Positions 19,725-30,885 of a stretch of 64,000 bases of DNA are shown one piece after another. Origin of the DNA: an uncultured Bacilli bacterium (GTDB lineage: Bacteria; Bacillota_I; Bacilli_A; RF39; UBA660). The notes under the pieces were generated by a model. It was not told where the DNA came from. It made no database searches and worked only from the letters and a program-made list of their open reading frames with translations. The first letter of the stretch is position 1, and each line of letters opens with the position of its first letter. Both the position numbers and the translations under genes were made by a program. The stretch is from positions 12,227-76,226 of the forward strand of contig CALVIZ010000002.1 of the NCBI GenBank assembly GCA_944331865.1, read 5' to 3'.

Positions 19725-21113
19725 TCATAATGTTTCGATATTTTCACTATTTTTTTGAATTAAAGGTATATAAATATTTTCTAATGCTTTAACTCCAGCT
19801 TCAGTTGTTGCTTCTCCCCTAAATGTAACATTCGGTCCTGTATTACTTGCTCTAACTAATGCCCAACCATTTGTATATGTTACTCTTACGCCATCAATGT
19901 CACTTATTGGGTAATTCATTGATGTTGCATATTCTTTAACTTTTTCTACTACTTGAAACTTATTAGCATCACTTACGGGGATTTTTATTTCTTCTGTTGC
20001 ATAATATTTAGGAAAATCTTTTATTATCTTACTTAATTTTTCGTTAGTTTTACTCATTATTTCTAATAATCTTAATGTTGCATATATTGCACTTCCACAA
20101 TCAGCATCTTTATCTCTAAAATATAAATGACCAGAATATTCTCCTCCAAAAGGTAAGTCATCGGTATGTACTTTATATTGAGTATAACTTGCTCCAGTAC
20201 GATACATTATAGGATTTCCTCCGAGCATTCTTATATAATCATCTAAACTTTTAGAACATTTGATATCATATAAAAAACTTTTCTTAGGTACTCTTTGATA
20301 CATATCACTTATAAATATTATCATTAAATATTCAATTGGTAATATCTCTCCCGTATCTGTTACTACCCCTATTCTATCTCCATCACCATCATATGCTACT
20401 CCAAAATCCGCTTTGTTGTCTTTTACCGCTTTTTGTAATTGTACCATGTTTTCTTTAACTGCTGGGTCTGGATGATGATTTGGAAAATTACCATCCATTA
20501 TTTCATTTATGTATATAGGATGACAAAATGAAGTATCAAATACTTTGCGAACTAATAAGGCTGTTGCTCCATTACCTGGATCTATTACTATTTTTCTTTT
20601 GTTTTTTCCGTATTTTATAGAATATTTTAAATATTCTATATATTTATCTACTATATTACTATTGTTAATATTACCCATGCCACTTTTAAAATTGCCAGCA
20701 ATAGTATATTTTTTAAAATCTTCAATCATTTCTCCTCGAGCATTAATCATCCCATCAAAAGAAAATTTAAAGCCATTGTCACTAGCAGGATTGTGAGAAG
20801 CCGTTACCATAATCCCAGGTAATTGGTTTAAATACCGACCATAATAATTCATTGGGGTTGTTGTTAAATTATAATTTATTATGTTGCAACCACTTGCAGT
20901 TATCCCTTTAATTAAATTTTGTGATAATGTTTCACTGGAAAGTCTGTTATCATGGGAAACTATACAAGTGTTTTTGTTGTATTTTTCTTGTAAGTATGAA
21001 CCATAACTTTTTCCAATTGTATATGCCGTTTGCTCATTTATTTCATTTGGATATTCTCCTCTTATATCATAAGCCCGAAATATTTCTTCATTTATACTTT
21101 CCATTATTATCAC
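19725..21113 (-). CDS. Phosphohexomutase (phosphoglucosamine mutase / phosphomannomutase family)
   Basis: Active-site phosphoserine motif TASHNP (GIMVTASHNPASDNG). 462 aa. Confidence 0.8.
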   Translation of the reverse strand: MIIMESINEEIFRAYDIRGEYPNEINEQTAYTIGKSYGSYLQEKYNKNTCIVSHDNRLSSETLSQNLIKGITASGCNIINYNLTTTPMNYYGRYLNQLPGIMVTASHNPASDNGFKFSFDGMINARGEMIEDFKKYTIAGNFKSGMGNINNSNIVDKYIEYLKYSIKYGKNKRKIVIDPGNGATALLVRKVFDTSFCHPIYINEIMDGNFPNHHPDPAVKENMVQLQKAVKDNKADFGVAYDGDGDRIGVVTDTGEILPIEYLMIIFISDMYQRVPKKSFLYDIKCSKSLDDYIRMLGGNPIMYRTGASYTQYKVHTDDLPFGGEYSGHLYFRDKDADCGSAIYATLRLLEIMSKTNEKLSKIIKDFPKYYATEEIKIPVSDANKFQVVEKVKEYATSMNYPISDIDGVRVTYTNGWALVRASNTGPNVTFRGEATTEAGVKALENIYIPLIQKNSENIETL

Positions 21114-21118
21114 CCTTT

Positions 21119-21865
21119 TTATTTTATTATTGATTCTAATGCTAATTTTATCATATCATTTAATGATTTTTGCCTATCTTCAATTGATAAAACTTTATCA
21201 CTGTATTTTGAATCTGATACTGTTGCCATCGCTGTTGCTTCAATATTCATTGAATTTGCTATGTGAATTAAAGCAAAAGCTTCCATTTCTTCACCTAGAA
21301 TTTCATATTCTTTTGGAATTCTATTTAAAACCCTATCATAATCAATATATGGACCAAAAACATCCATTGTTGTTAACATACCTTCATGAATTTTATCACT
21401 CATATTTAGTTCTTCAGCAGTTGATTTTATAATTTCATTTAAACTTTTGCTTGCCTTTACTACGTGTTCTTGATAATCATTATATGTATATGCAAAGTTT
21501 GATTCACTATATACTCTATCACTTAATAATACTTCTCCAACTAATGCTTTAGGACTTACTGCTCCACATGTGCCTATTCTAATTATTTTTTTTACATTAA
21601 AATAATGTATTAATTCAAATGCATAAATACTCATGCTAGGCATTCCCATTCCACTACCCATGATAGTTACTCTTTTACCTTTATATAATCCAGTATATCC
21701 TAACATGTTTCTAACACTAGTTACTAACTTGGCGTCCTCTAAAAATTCTTCAGCTATATATTTTGCTCTTAATGGATCTCCGGGCATTAATACTATTTGG
21801 GCTATATCACTTTTATTTTCTACTTTAATATGAATTGGTTCTTCTCCAATAAACATAAAAATCAC
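21119..21865 (-). CDS. deoD: Purine nucleoside phosphorylase, DeoD-type
   Basis: VLMPGDPLRAKYIAEEFLEDA...MGSGMGMPSMSIY closely matches the DeoD family. Confidence 0.85.
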   Translation of the reverse strand: MIFMFIGEEPIHIKVENKSDIAQIVLMPGDPLRAKYIAEEFLEDAKLVTSVRNMLGYTGLYKGKRVTIMGSGMGMPSMSIYAFELIHYFNVKKIIRIGTCGAVSPKALVGEVLLSDRVYSESNFAYTYNDYQEHVVKASKSLNEIIKSTAEELNMSDKIHEGMLTTMDVFGPYIDYDRVLNRIPKEYEILGEEMEAFALIHIANSMNIEATAMATVSDSKYSDKVLSIEDRQKSLNDMIKLALESIIK

Positions 21866-21953
21866 TTTCCTTCTATATTAATTTTAACAAAATATCTAAA
21901 CATTTACAATAAATACATTTTTTATTAACAAATTATTGTCAAAAAAAATAACT

Positions 21954-22763
21954 TTATGCAAAAGTTACTTTTAAAATGTTTTCTAAATCGAATTCAAATA
22001 TATTTGCTAAAAAATTTTTTAATTTTTCGTTTCCTTCTATTTCTTTATTGTAGATAGTTTTTAATTCTAATTGCAATTCATCACTTGCTAAAATATATAT
22101 CGCTTTTAATATTTCTCTTAATAAATAAAAATATATATCTTCTTTAACATCTTTTTTATATTGATATATTAAATTTCTTAGTGATAATTTAAATCTTTCT
22201 TTTAAAATTTTATCTTTATTTTTTTGATGATCATTATCATCTATATTGTAAAATATGTTGGCTGTATCACTAATTATATAAGTATCTGTTGGAATTGAAA
22301 AATCACTTTGTAATAATAATTCACCAATTTGAGGAATTATAAATGCTAAATAATATTTTAATTCTATAAATGGACCATTTTGACTATTATGAAGAGCAAG
22401 CATTAATTCATCTATTGTTAAATAATTATTTAATCTTCTTTCATAATCATCTATTTCCAGTCTTGAAAAAATTAAATTTGATAAACGAGTTAATATTTTT
22501 ATTGATGATTCTGATGAGTATGATACAAGAGTAATTCCTAAAGGTATATATTTTTTAATATCTAATATTTTGTTAAGTAATTCATGCATTTCAAAATCTC
22601 TTAAGTTATTTAATATTGCTTCTTCCTTTTTTAACAAATAATTTAATATTATTAATAATTTATTATAATCTGGAGAATCTTTTTTATTACTTTTATCTAA
22701 ACTTTCTAAGTCATCAAATATTATTTTCAATTTTTGTTCTAGTCGTATTAATTTATCTACCAT
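21954..22763 (-). CDS. Hypothetical alpha-helical protein (269 aa)
   Basis: ORF. Appears paralogous in architecture to the adjacent 273-aa protein. Confidence 0.45.
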   Translation of the reverse strand: MVDKLIRLEQKLKIIFDDLESLDKSNKKDSPDYNKLLIILNYLLKKEEAILNNLRDFEMHELLNKILDIKKYIPLGITLVSYSSESSIKILTRLSNLIFSRLEIDDYERRLNNYLTIDELMLALHNSQNGPFIELKYYLAFIIPQIGELLLQSDFSIPTDTYIISDTANIFYNIDDNDHQKNKDKILKERFKLSLRNLIYQYKKDVKEDIYFYLLREILKAIYILASDELQLELKTIYNKEIEGNEKLKNFLANIFEFDLENILKVTFA

Positions 22764-22764
22764 A

Positions 22765-23586
22765 TTATCTTCCTACCTTTATGCTTGCATATATAGGAAT
22801 TTCTTTATCACTATTAATATTTGCTAATATTTCTTCTATATATCTTTTAGCCTCTTCATAATTTTTATTAGATAATAATTGATCTAATAAATTTAAAAAT
22901 AATTCTTTATTATCAGCTATTGTAATTATGGCTCTAATAAAACTAATTTGATAATATATTAAATATGAATCAAGTTTACGAGTTATATATACTAATAATA
23001 TTTTTAAATGTTCTTTAAATGATTCAAATAATATTTTGTCTTTTTCTTCATTAGTTATATATCCTAAATCCATATATAATCTAATATTGATTATAGGATT
23101 TTTGTTAATTTCAAAATTGTTACTTATTAATTGTGCTTCTAAATCTTTGCCAATATTAAAATATGAATAATAAATGGATACAATTAGTTGAGATGCAATT
23201 TCTGGATGCATTTTCATTATTTTATCTAATATAGCTAATGAAATTAAAAAGATATCTTGTTGAATTGTTGCATTAATGTCTATTTTATTATCTACACTAT
23301 TTATAAATGCTAATTTGTTTTTTAAATGGTCTAGTAACATATTTTCATAAGGATTTAATTTTTTACTTAATTCTTCTATTTTTTTAAATATACTGTCTAT
23401 ATTAAATTCTTCTAGTAATTGCGATATTAAAGCATTTTCTTTAGTTGTTTTTTCTTTTATTTTAGCAGTTATCTCTAAAAATAAACCACTTTCTTTTTTT
23501 CCGGCAATTTCTAAATCAATTAAATCATCATAATATTCATTAATTTGTGCTCCTATTTTTAATAACATATTTATTATTTTATTCAT
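22765..23586 (-). CDS. Hypothetical alpha-helical protein (273 aa)
   Basis: ORF adjacent to its apparent paralog, separated by 1 nt. Confidence 0.45.
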   Translation of the reverse strand: MNKIINMLLKIGAQINEYYDDLIDLEIAGKKESGLFLEITAKIKEKTTKENALISQLLEEFNIDSIFKKIEELSKKLNPYENMLLDHLKNKLAFINSVDNKIDINATIQQDIFLISLAILDKIMKMHPEIASQLIVSIYYSYFNIGKDLEAQLISNNFEINKNPIINIRLYMDLGYITNEEKDKILFESFKEHLKILLVYITRKLDSYLIYYQISFIRAIITIADNKELFLNLLDQLLSNKNYEEAKRYIEEILANINSDKEIPIYASIKVGR

Positions 23587-23663
23587 GTTAATCCCCCAAA
23601 AGTAAAACTATGATATCACATTCTTTTTATTTTAACAATAAATATACTTAAAAAAAATTTATA

Positions 23664-25766
23664 TTATTCTTTAATTTTTATTTTATCTTTACTTTCAATA
23701 TATTTATCAAAGCCTCTAAATCCATTTTTTTGATAATTAAATTCATTTATATCTATATTTTTTATTTTATTTATTTCTAAATATTTATTTAAATCTTCTT
23801 TTGTTATGTCAGTATATTCTATTATATCTGTAAATCTTGCTAATAGTTCTTTACTAAATTCATGGTTATAGTTCTTTAAGTCATCCATAAATCCTATTTT
23901 TTTACTTCCTTTTACATTACTTGTAGCAAAAATTAAAGTATTTTTAAAATTTATTTGTTCTCCTTTAGCATTAGTAATTATACCTTCATCAAATATCTGT
24001 AAAAATAAATTTAAAACTTGTGAACTGGCTTTTTCTATTTCATCTATAAGAATGCAAGTAAATGGTTCTAATTTGATTTTGTCAAATATCGCTCCATCAT
24101 CATAGCCAACAAAACCTGCCGAAGCTCCAATTAATCTTGATATTGTAGATTCATTATTGTATTCACTCATATCTAACTTTAATAAGTTCATATTAAAGTA
24201 TTTGCTAATTTTTTTTACCGTTTCAGTTTTACCTACACCAGTTGAACCTGTTAATAATAAAGATGTCGGTTTATCATCAAATTTATTTTTTATATTTGTT
24301 ATTATCTTTTTAATTGCTTGTTCTTGACCTATTATATTTTTGTTTAAATATTTCTCTAAGTCCAAATAATCGGTTTTTAATAACGGAATGTTGTATTTAC
24401 GACTTAATAAATTTATTATATCATTTTTATTTATTTTATTAGCTTGCTTTGCTAATGATTTTAATTTTTGGTTTATTGATAATTCTTGATTATGTAATAT
24501 TAATGCTTTTTTAAAATCATTTAATTTAACCATATTTTCTTTTTCTTTAATTAGTTTGTTTTTTTCTATTAATAATTTATTTGTTTTATTAAATGTAATA
24601 TTATTTACCTCTTTCATTGCACAGACAGAATCTAATATGTCTAATGATTTGTCAGGATTTCTTTTTTCAATTACATATTTATTAGTGTAATAAACAATAT
24701 CTTTTATGTTTTCTTTTGTAATTTTAATATTATAATGTGATTCATAGTTTTTCTTAATTTTATTTAATATTTCTATGGTTTCTTCTGTATTTGGCTCAAG
24801 TACTCTGATAAGTTCAAATCTTCTATTTAAGGCTTTGTCTTTTACTATAAATTTGTTGTACTCATTAGTTGTAGTTGCTCCAATTATTTTAACTTTTCCC
24901 CTAGCTAAATATGGTTTTAATATGTCACTAGCATTTATTGCCCCTTCAGCACCACCAGCATTTACTATTGTATGTATTTCATCTATAAATAATATAATGT
25001 CTTGATTATTTTCTAATTCTCTAATTATTTTTGTTAATTTTTCTTCAAATTCTCCACGGTATTTTGTCCCCGCAACTAAAGAACCCATTTCTAACATTAC
25101 TATTTTTTTGGTTTGTAACATTGTTGGTACTTCTTTTTTCTTTATTCTTCTTACTAATTCTTCAACTATTGCTGTTTTACCAACCCCAGCATCTCCAACT
25201 AATAAGGGATTATTTTTGTTTTTCCTAATTAAGGTTTCAATTATTAAAGATATTTCTTTGTCTCTACCTATAACTAATTCTTTCATATCTGTTATATCCA
25301 TTAGATTGCGTCCTATACTTAGTATTTCCAATTTTTTATTGCTTTTTTTTGCATTGTCTTTTAATTCATCATATAATTTTTCTAGATTTATATCCATTTT
25401 GTATAAAAGTCTTATTGCTATTCCTTCGCCTTCTTCAATTAAGGCTTTAAGTAAATGAAAATCTTTTAATTCTTCCTTTTTTTCACTAGCTTCTTCAATA
25501 GCTAAATTTATAATTCGTTTTAATAATGGCGTATATAATATGTAACTACTTTTTTTAGTGGCTGATCCTACTATTAACATAAGTTCTTTTTTAAAGCTTT
25601 CATATGTTAAATCATATTTACTAGCTATTTTGCTTATCTCTTTAGAATTTTTTAATAAACTTAATAATAAATGTTCACTGCCTACATATGGATGATTTAA
25701 GTTAAGCATTTCTTTTTCTGCTTCTTTAAAAATATTACTTATTTCTAAACTATATTTATCAAACAT
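23664..25766 (-). CDS. Clp/Hsp100 family AAA+ ATPase (ClpC/ClpE-like), ClpP-interacting
   Basis: N-terminal Clp_N repeat. Two AAA modules with Walker A GDAGVGKTA and GSTGVGKTE. IGF loop (KKIGFMDD). 700 aa. Confidence 0.8.
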   Translation of the reverse strand: MFDKYSLEISNIFKEAEKEMLNLNHPYVGSEHLLLSLLKNSKEISKIASKYDLTYESFKKELMLIVGSATKKSSYILYTPLLKRIINLAIEEASEKKEELKDFHLLKALIEEGEGIAIRLLYKMDINLEKLYDELKDNAKKSNKKLEILSIGRNLMDITDMKELVIGRDKEISLIIETLIRKNKNNPLLVGDAGVGKTAIVEELVRRIKKKEVPTMLQTKKIVMLEMGSLVAGTKYRGEFEEKLTKIIRELENNQDIILFIDEIHTIVNAGGAEGAINASDILKPYLARGKVKIIGATTTNEYNKFIVKDKALNRRFELIRVLEPNTEETIEILNKIKKNYESHYNIKITKENIKDIVYYTNKYVIEKRNPDKSLDILDSVCAMKEVNNITFNKTNKLLIEKNKLIKEKENMVKLNDFKKALILHNQELSINQKLKSLAKQANKINKNDIINLLSRKYNIPLLKTDYLDLEKYLNKNIIGQEQAIKKIITNIKNKFDDKPTSLLLTGSTGVGKTETVKKISKYFNMNLLKLDMSEYNNESTISRLIGASAGFVGYDDGAIFDKIKLEPFTCILIDEIEKASSQVLNLFLQIFDEGIITNAKGEQINFKNTLIFATSNVKGSKKIGFMDDLKNYNHEFSKELLARFTDIIEYTDITKEDLNKYLEINKIKNIDINEFNYQKNGFRGFDKYIESKDKIKIKE

Positions 25767-25961
25767 AGAATCCTCCCTACTTTAATTCTATGTAAATTAT
25801 GCTTATCTAATATAAAAATTATTCAATTAAATTTGACATTAGTATTTTAAAATAAATTAGATAATATTAAATAATAAAAAAATTAATAATTGTTAAAAAT
25901 GAACCATAGTTTTTTTACTAAGCTAATTTAAACATCTTTAAATTTATTAAGATAATAAAAA

Positions 25962-26519
25962 TTATTTATCATTAAGATTTAATGTTCTTATAAGTCCATC
26001 ACCTTTTATTAATGTACTATACTTAGATAAAACTTCTTCAGCTTTACTTGAATCATAATAAAATTCTTTTAATAATTCAGCTATAACTTCACTATCGTTT
26101 GATGAAGTATAAGCTGGTTTTCTTGCTGTAGTCCCTTGTGTTAATATTTTAGCTAATTTTAAAATAGCACGCCTTATTTTTGGAGGATACTCTGATATTA
26201 TTTTTTTAGCTTCCTCATCCGACAAATTGATTAAAAAATTTATATTTCTACTCACATCACTCAATATATTTAATAATCCAAAAGCATATGCTGCTTGAAA
26301 TGCACTTGATAAATCAACTTGACCTACTTCATCGGTAAAATAAATTTTACATATATTGCTAAACAAAAAATGAAATTCTGGATCATCACAAAAATAATAT
26401 AACTTATATTCTAATTCATTTTTATTTATTATGTGATTATCTTTATTAACCACAAAACTAGCTAAAAGCAAACGTAAAAAACTAAATTCAGTTAAAATTG
26501 GTGATTTTGCATTTTTCAT
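25962..26519 (-). CDS. Hypothetical protein (185 aa)
   Basis: ORF. No motif. Confidence 0.4.
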   Translation of the reverse strand: MKNAKSPILTEFSFLRLLLASFVVNKDNHIINKNELEYKLYYFCDDPEFHFLFSNICKIYFTDEVGQVDLSSAFQAAYAFGLLNILSDVSRNINFLINLSDEEAKKIISEYPPKIRRAILKLAKILTQGTTARKPAYTSSNDSEVIAELLKEFYYDSSKAEEVLSKYSTLIKGDGLIRTLNLNDK

Positions 26520-26624
26520 TTTCGACCTTTCCTTTTCTTTATTTTAATTGTATCATATTTTTAATAAATATGCATAATATATAAATTATTAAATTAAGAA
26601 ATAGTGTTAATTTTCATTTGAACA

Positions 26625-26652
26625 AATATAAAAAAAGAACCGAAGTTCTTTT
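26625..26652 (-). terminator. Terminator after the 587-aa transporter gene
   Basis: Hairpin AAGAAC-ttcg-GTTCTT with a T-run on the minus strand overlapping the stop codon. Confidence 0.55.
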
Positions 26653-28414
26653 ACATATAACTTACTACTGTAAATAAAACAAGTAGAATTATTAACATGC
26701 CTACTACAAATAACCAAATGTATTTCAACCATGATTTATAATCTATATTCATAAATGATAAACCGATTACTAAAATTGCACTTGTAGGCAAGAATAATTG
26801 AATAAGACCATACATTGATGTATATATAGCATTTACTAATTGCATTTGATCAGTATATACAGTTGTTAAAAAGCTTCCTACTGCATAGCCGGTATATCCT
26901 AAATCTGGACTAAATAAGGAATTGATAAAGGCACATACTGATACTATAAATGGATTAAATCCTTCAACCAAATTAAATATCCAATTGCATATTGTTGAAG
27001 TAATTGGTACACTTACGATGACACCAAATACTATGTAAGATGCAACAAATAATAATATTGGTTTAAACATTTTTTTAACTCCATCGTAGAATGCTTGAAC
27101 AAATTCATTAACTTTCATACGATATAAGAATGCTATAAGCATAGCTGCTAAAACAAAAATATTGCAAAGAATAAATACATATTTTAAATTTCCTAAAGCG
27201 GTTGTTTGTTGACCAAGTATATAACTTATAATATAGAAATCTTCAGTTGGTGCAAGTCCTATTAACCATTCATGAAATTCATTAAATGCAGTAATTGCAA
27301 AATTTGTTTCCCAATCAATATATCCTAAAATGATAAGAGCCATCATTAAGAATAATATTATAGCTACTGGAATTGCATTTTTCTTGCTACTATTTTCAAC
27401 TTTAAATGGATCATCTTCTATTGTGCTATTTTTTGTATTTTTCTTTGTTTCACTTAAGACTTTTTTAACTCGCATACAAATGAAGAAGTTATATAATACT
27501 ACCGTAACTGCTGCAATTATATAACGATAATTTAAGCCTTCTGTTAAGTCACTTCCTATATAATAGTCAAATGAAGTAACTCCTTCACTACCAAATGTTA
27601 CCCCTAACAAACCTACTAACACTGAACCAAATGTTATAATGAAAGTAGTTAATTTGTCTAAGTTCATTTTTAATAATATACTTATAAAAAATGGAACAAA
27701 TGCTAGAACAACAAATGTTTGTGAGAACAAAGATGTTAATATAAATAGAAATACAGATACCACTACTGAATATACAACAACATATTTTTTTAGTTTTTCA
27801 GCTATTACTGTTACTAATCTTTGATAACCACTTGTCTTTGCTAATACACCATACACACCAGCGATAATCAATAAGAATATGATTTTATCCATAGTGTAAT
27901 ATAATGCATTATACATTGATACGCTTACATCTACGATTCCTACTCTACCTAATCCATAATCATAAAAATCTCCACCAGAGAATTGACCATATGGAATTAC
28001 CCAAGTAAATAATATTGTTGCTAAAACAAATACAAATATTGATTTTGATAAGCGATGATCATCAGAATTGATAGATATCATTAAGCCACCAACAATAAAA
28101 CTTGTGAGTGATATAATTTTTAAAATCATGTTTGGATTAGTTTCTAATACATAATTTATTGGTGCAAATAAAAGAATGCTTAGTGCTACTAGTATTGAGC
28201 CAATAAATGCTGTTGTTGTTAGCTTTTCTTTTAATGATTTTGCCATTAATAGATATATTCCAATAATTAGAAAATCTATTCCCATAATTTTTAAAACCAT
28301 ATCTGGAGTAGTTGCATCAACAAAATATGATACTGCAAGTAGGATTATTCCTATCAAATCCATTAAAGCTCCAATGCATTTTAACATCCCATGTTTTTCA
28401 ATTATCTTTCTCAT
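26651..28414 (-). CDS. Polytopic membrane transporter. Possibly YfcC/DcuC-like; it accompanies the ADI operon.
   Basis: 587 aa, more than 12 predicted TM helices. Adjacent to the arcD-like gene but with its own terminator. Confidence 0.4.
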   Translation of the reverse strand: MRKIIEKHGMLKCIGALMDLIGIILLAVSYFVDATTPDMVLKIMGIDFLIIGIYLLMAKSLKEKLTTTAFIGSILVALSILLFAPINYVLETNPNMILKIISLTSFIVGGLMISINSDDHRLSKSIFVFVLATILFTWVIPYGQFSGGDFYDYGLGRVGIVDVSVSMYNALYYTMDKIIFLLIIAGVYGVLAKTSGYQRLVTVIAEKLKKYVVVYSVVVSVFLFILTSLFSQTFVVLAFVPFFISILLKMNLDKLTTFIITFGSVLVGLLGVTFGSEGVTSFDYYIGSDLTEGLNYRYIIAAVTVVLYNFFICMRVKKVLSETKKNTKNSTIEDDPFKVENSSKKNAIPVAIILFLMMALIILGYIDWETNFAITAFNEFHEWLIGLAPTEDFYIISYILGQQTTALGNLKYVFILCNIFVLAAMLIAFLYRMKVNEFVQAFYDGVKKMFKPILLFVASYIVFGVIVSVPITSTICNWIFNLVEGFNPFIVSVCAFINSLFSPDLGYTGYAVGSFLTTVYTDQMQLVNAIYTSMYGLIQLFLPTSAILVIGLSFMNIDYKSWLKYIWLFVVGMLIILLVLFTVVSYM

Positions 28415-28449
28415 TTTCTTTACCTCCTTATTAAAATTATATCACTCAT

Positions 28450-28480
28450 ATTCAAGAAAAAAAAGCAAATATTGCTTTTT
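28450..28480 (-). terminator. Terminator after the arcD-like gene
   Basis: Hairpin AAGCAA-atatt-TTGCTT flanked by A- and T-runs. Confidence 0.5.
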
Positions 28481-28492
28481 TGCTTATTTTTT

Positions 28493-29941
28493 TTAAAAAA
28501 TTAGGGTTATTAATTCTAAAATTAATATGTTTGCAATAGCTATTGTTACAACTATTTTAAATGCCCATTTAAACCATGTTGTATATTCTACTTTAGCAAG
28601 AGCAAGTCCACCCATTATTGCTCCACAAGTTGGAGTAATTAAATTTACTAAACCATTTGCTGATACTAAAGTCATTATTGTTACATCAACATTGTAATTA
28701 AGAGTACTAGCAACTCCCCCAATAATCGGTGTTGATAATACTGCTAAACCACTTGATGATGGTACTAATATTGATAATACAACATGTAATAAATAATTAA
28801 GTGGTACGAATGCTACTTCTGGTAAATTTGATAATAAATCTGCAGCATTATATATTATGTAATTATCCAAATAGGTTACATTCATTAATACACTTGCTCC
28901 TCTTGCTACAGCAATTATTAAAATAACACCTATCATATCATTGGCACCATCTATAAATGTGTCGACTAAATCTTTTTCTTTCATACGAGCAATTATTCCA
29001 ATGATGATTGCCATTACAAAGAACCAAACTGATGCTTCTGCAAAATACCAACCACCTAATGGAGTTCCTGTTAACCAACCAGTAAATTTATCAAAAATGG
29101 TTACATTAAAATCTCCCCATGGAATAAAACCAATTATCATTACTAAAAATGTTAGTCCCATTAATATTAATGTAATTTTTTGTTTTGTTGTTAATTTTAC
29201 TTCTTTTTGTTTATCTTTTGCCCCTTCTATTTCAGCTGCAAATTTCTTTTCCATTGCTTTTTGTTCTTGAAGTGATAAAAATGTTGAACCTTTATCATCT
29301 TGAACTTTTTTAGCATAATTCATTACGAATATTATTGATATTAATAATGTTGTTAGCCATAACAATAAACCTGTAAATATTATTAAGCCTTGATTTGCTG
29401 AAACGCCTTCCGGTAAACTGCTTATTGCTACTCCTACTGCAAATGGATTTACTGTCGATCCTAATACCCCAGATCCAGCTCCTAGTAAGATTACTGCTGA
29501 TCCTACCAATGTATCCATTCCTGCTGCTACCATGGTTGCTGCTAGTAAAACATAAAATCCTACCGTTTCTTCTAACATTCCATAGGTTGTTCCCCCTATT
29601 GAAAATATTAACATTAAAATCGGAATTAATACTATTTCATTACCTTTTAATTTTTTTACTAATACTTTAATTCCTGTTTCTAATGCTCCAGTTTTAGTTA
29701 TTATCGCTAAAAATCCACCTAAAATTAAGATGAATACTGCTACATCTACTGCATCTGCAAAACCTAAAACTGGTGAAAGTAAAAAGTCTGATAATTTGGC
29801 TCCTACTGTACCACTACCATCAACTAATACTTCATCTACAAATTCAGCATTCGGTAATAAATGAGAAATTATTGCTAATGCGATAATTAATATAAATATA
29901 ATTGAAAATGCTGATAACATAAATTTTTTTCTTTTGGCCAT
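28493..29941 (-). CDS. Putative arginine/ornithine antiporter (YfcC / C4-dicarboxylate anaerobic carrier family, ArcD-like)
   Basis: 482-aa polytopic membrane protein. Immediately downstream of arcC in an arcABC operon, a common ArcD position in Firmicutes. Confidence 0.5.
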   Translation of the reverse strand: MAKRKKFMLSAFSIIFILIIALAIISHLLPNAEFVDEVLVDGSGTVGAKLSDFLLSPVLGFADAVDVAVFILILGGFLAIITKTGALETGIKVLVKKLKGNEIVLIPILMLIFSIGGTTYGMLEETVGFYVLLAATMVAAGMDTLVGSAVILLGAGSGVLGSTVNPFAVGVAISSLPEGVSANQGLIIFTGLLLWLTTLLISIIFVMNYAKKVQDDKGSTFLSLQEQKAMEKKFAAEIEGAKDKQKEVKLTTKQKITLILMGLTFLVMIIGFIPWGDFNVTIFDKFTGWLTGTPLGGWYFAEASVWFFVMAIIIGIIARMKEKDLVDTFIDGANDMIGVILIIAVARGASVLMNVTYLDNYIIYNAADLLSNLPEVAFVPLNYLLHVVLSILVPSSSGLAVLSTPIIGGVASTLNYNVDVTIMTLVSANGLVNLITPTCGAIMGGLALAKVEYTTWFKWAFKIVVTIAIANILILELITLIF

Positions 29942-29943
29942 TT

Positions 29944-30885
29944 TTATTCTCCTCCTAGTATTTTAGTACCTATTTCATCTTCAAAAGCAAATTCAGCTTG
30001 TTCAAGTGATGTTATTATTGCTTCTTTATTAGTGCTTTCTACAAATGATATACATGCTTCAATTTTGGGTAGCATACTGCCTTTAGCAAATTCTTCGGCT
30101 TTTATATATTCTTTTGCTTCATTCACACTCATTTTAGATATACCTTGTTCATTACTTTTTCCAAAATTTATATAAACTTTATCTATTGCTGTTAATATAA
30201 GTAATATATCTGCATCAATTAATTTAGCTAGTAATGCACTAGATAAATCTTTATCTATTACAGCATCTACCCCTTCTAATAATTCTTCGGCATTTTTTTT
30301 AACAACTGGTATACCACCACCACCAACTGCTATAACTATAACATCTTCATTAATTAATTTTTGAATTACCCTTTTTTCAATGATATCTATTGGCTTAGGA
30401 GATGGTACTACTCTTCTAAACCCACGATTAGCATCAGTTGCAAATGTATATCCTCTTTCTTTTGCCAATTGATTTGCCTCTTCTTCCGTGTAAAAAGCAC
30501 CAATTGGTTTTGTAGGATTTTTGAAAGCTGGATCATTTGCATCTACTAATACTTGCGTTATTACGGTTATACAATCTTTTTTGATTTTATTTCTCTCAAG
30601 TTCATCCTGCAAAGCTTGTTGTAATTGATAACCGATATAACCTTGAGACATACTACCACATTCTGCAAATGGCATTATAGGAATACTGTCTTCCATCTTA
30701 GCTGCATATTCCATTGCTAAATTAATTTGACCAACTTGTGGTCCATTACCATGCGTTAAAACTATTTGGTGATTATCTTTAATTAGTTTTACAATTATTT
30801 TAGCAACTTTTTCTAAATTAGCCATTTGCTCTTCTGGGGTATTTCCTAATGCATTTCCTCCTAATGCTATAACTATCTTACTCAT
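29944..30885 (-). CDS. arcC: Carbamate kinase
   Basis: N-terminus [14 protein letters not shown] is typical of carbamate kinase. 313 aa. Confidence 0.9.
   Translation of the reverse strand: MSKIVIALGGNALGNTPEEQMANLEKVAKIIVKLIKDNHQIVLTHGNGPQVGQINLAMEYAAKMEDSIPIMPFAECGSMSQGYIGYQLQQALQDELERNKIKKDCITVITQVLVDANDPAFKNPTKPIGAFYTEEEANQLAKERGYTFATDANRGFRRVVPSPKPIDIIEKRVIQKLINEDVIVIAVGGGGIPVVKKNAEELLEGVDAVIDKDLSSALLAKLIDADILLILTAIDKVYINFGKSNEQGISKMSVNEAKEYIKAEEFAKGSMLPKIEACISFVESTNKEAIITSLEQAEFAFEDEIGTKILGGE

Noticed and set aside
25767-25961. CtsR operator upstream of the ClpC-like gene
   Set aside because: Only a single GTCAAA-like half-site (tttgacatt) was found, not the tandem heptad repeat expected for CtsR.
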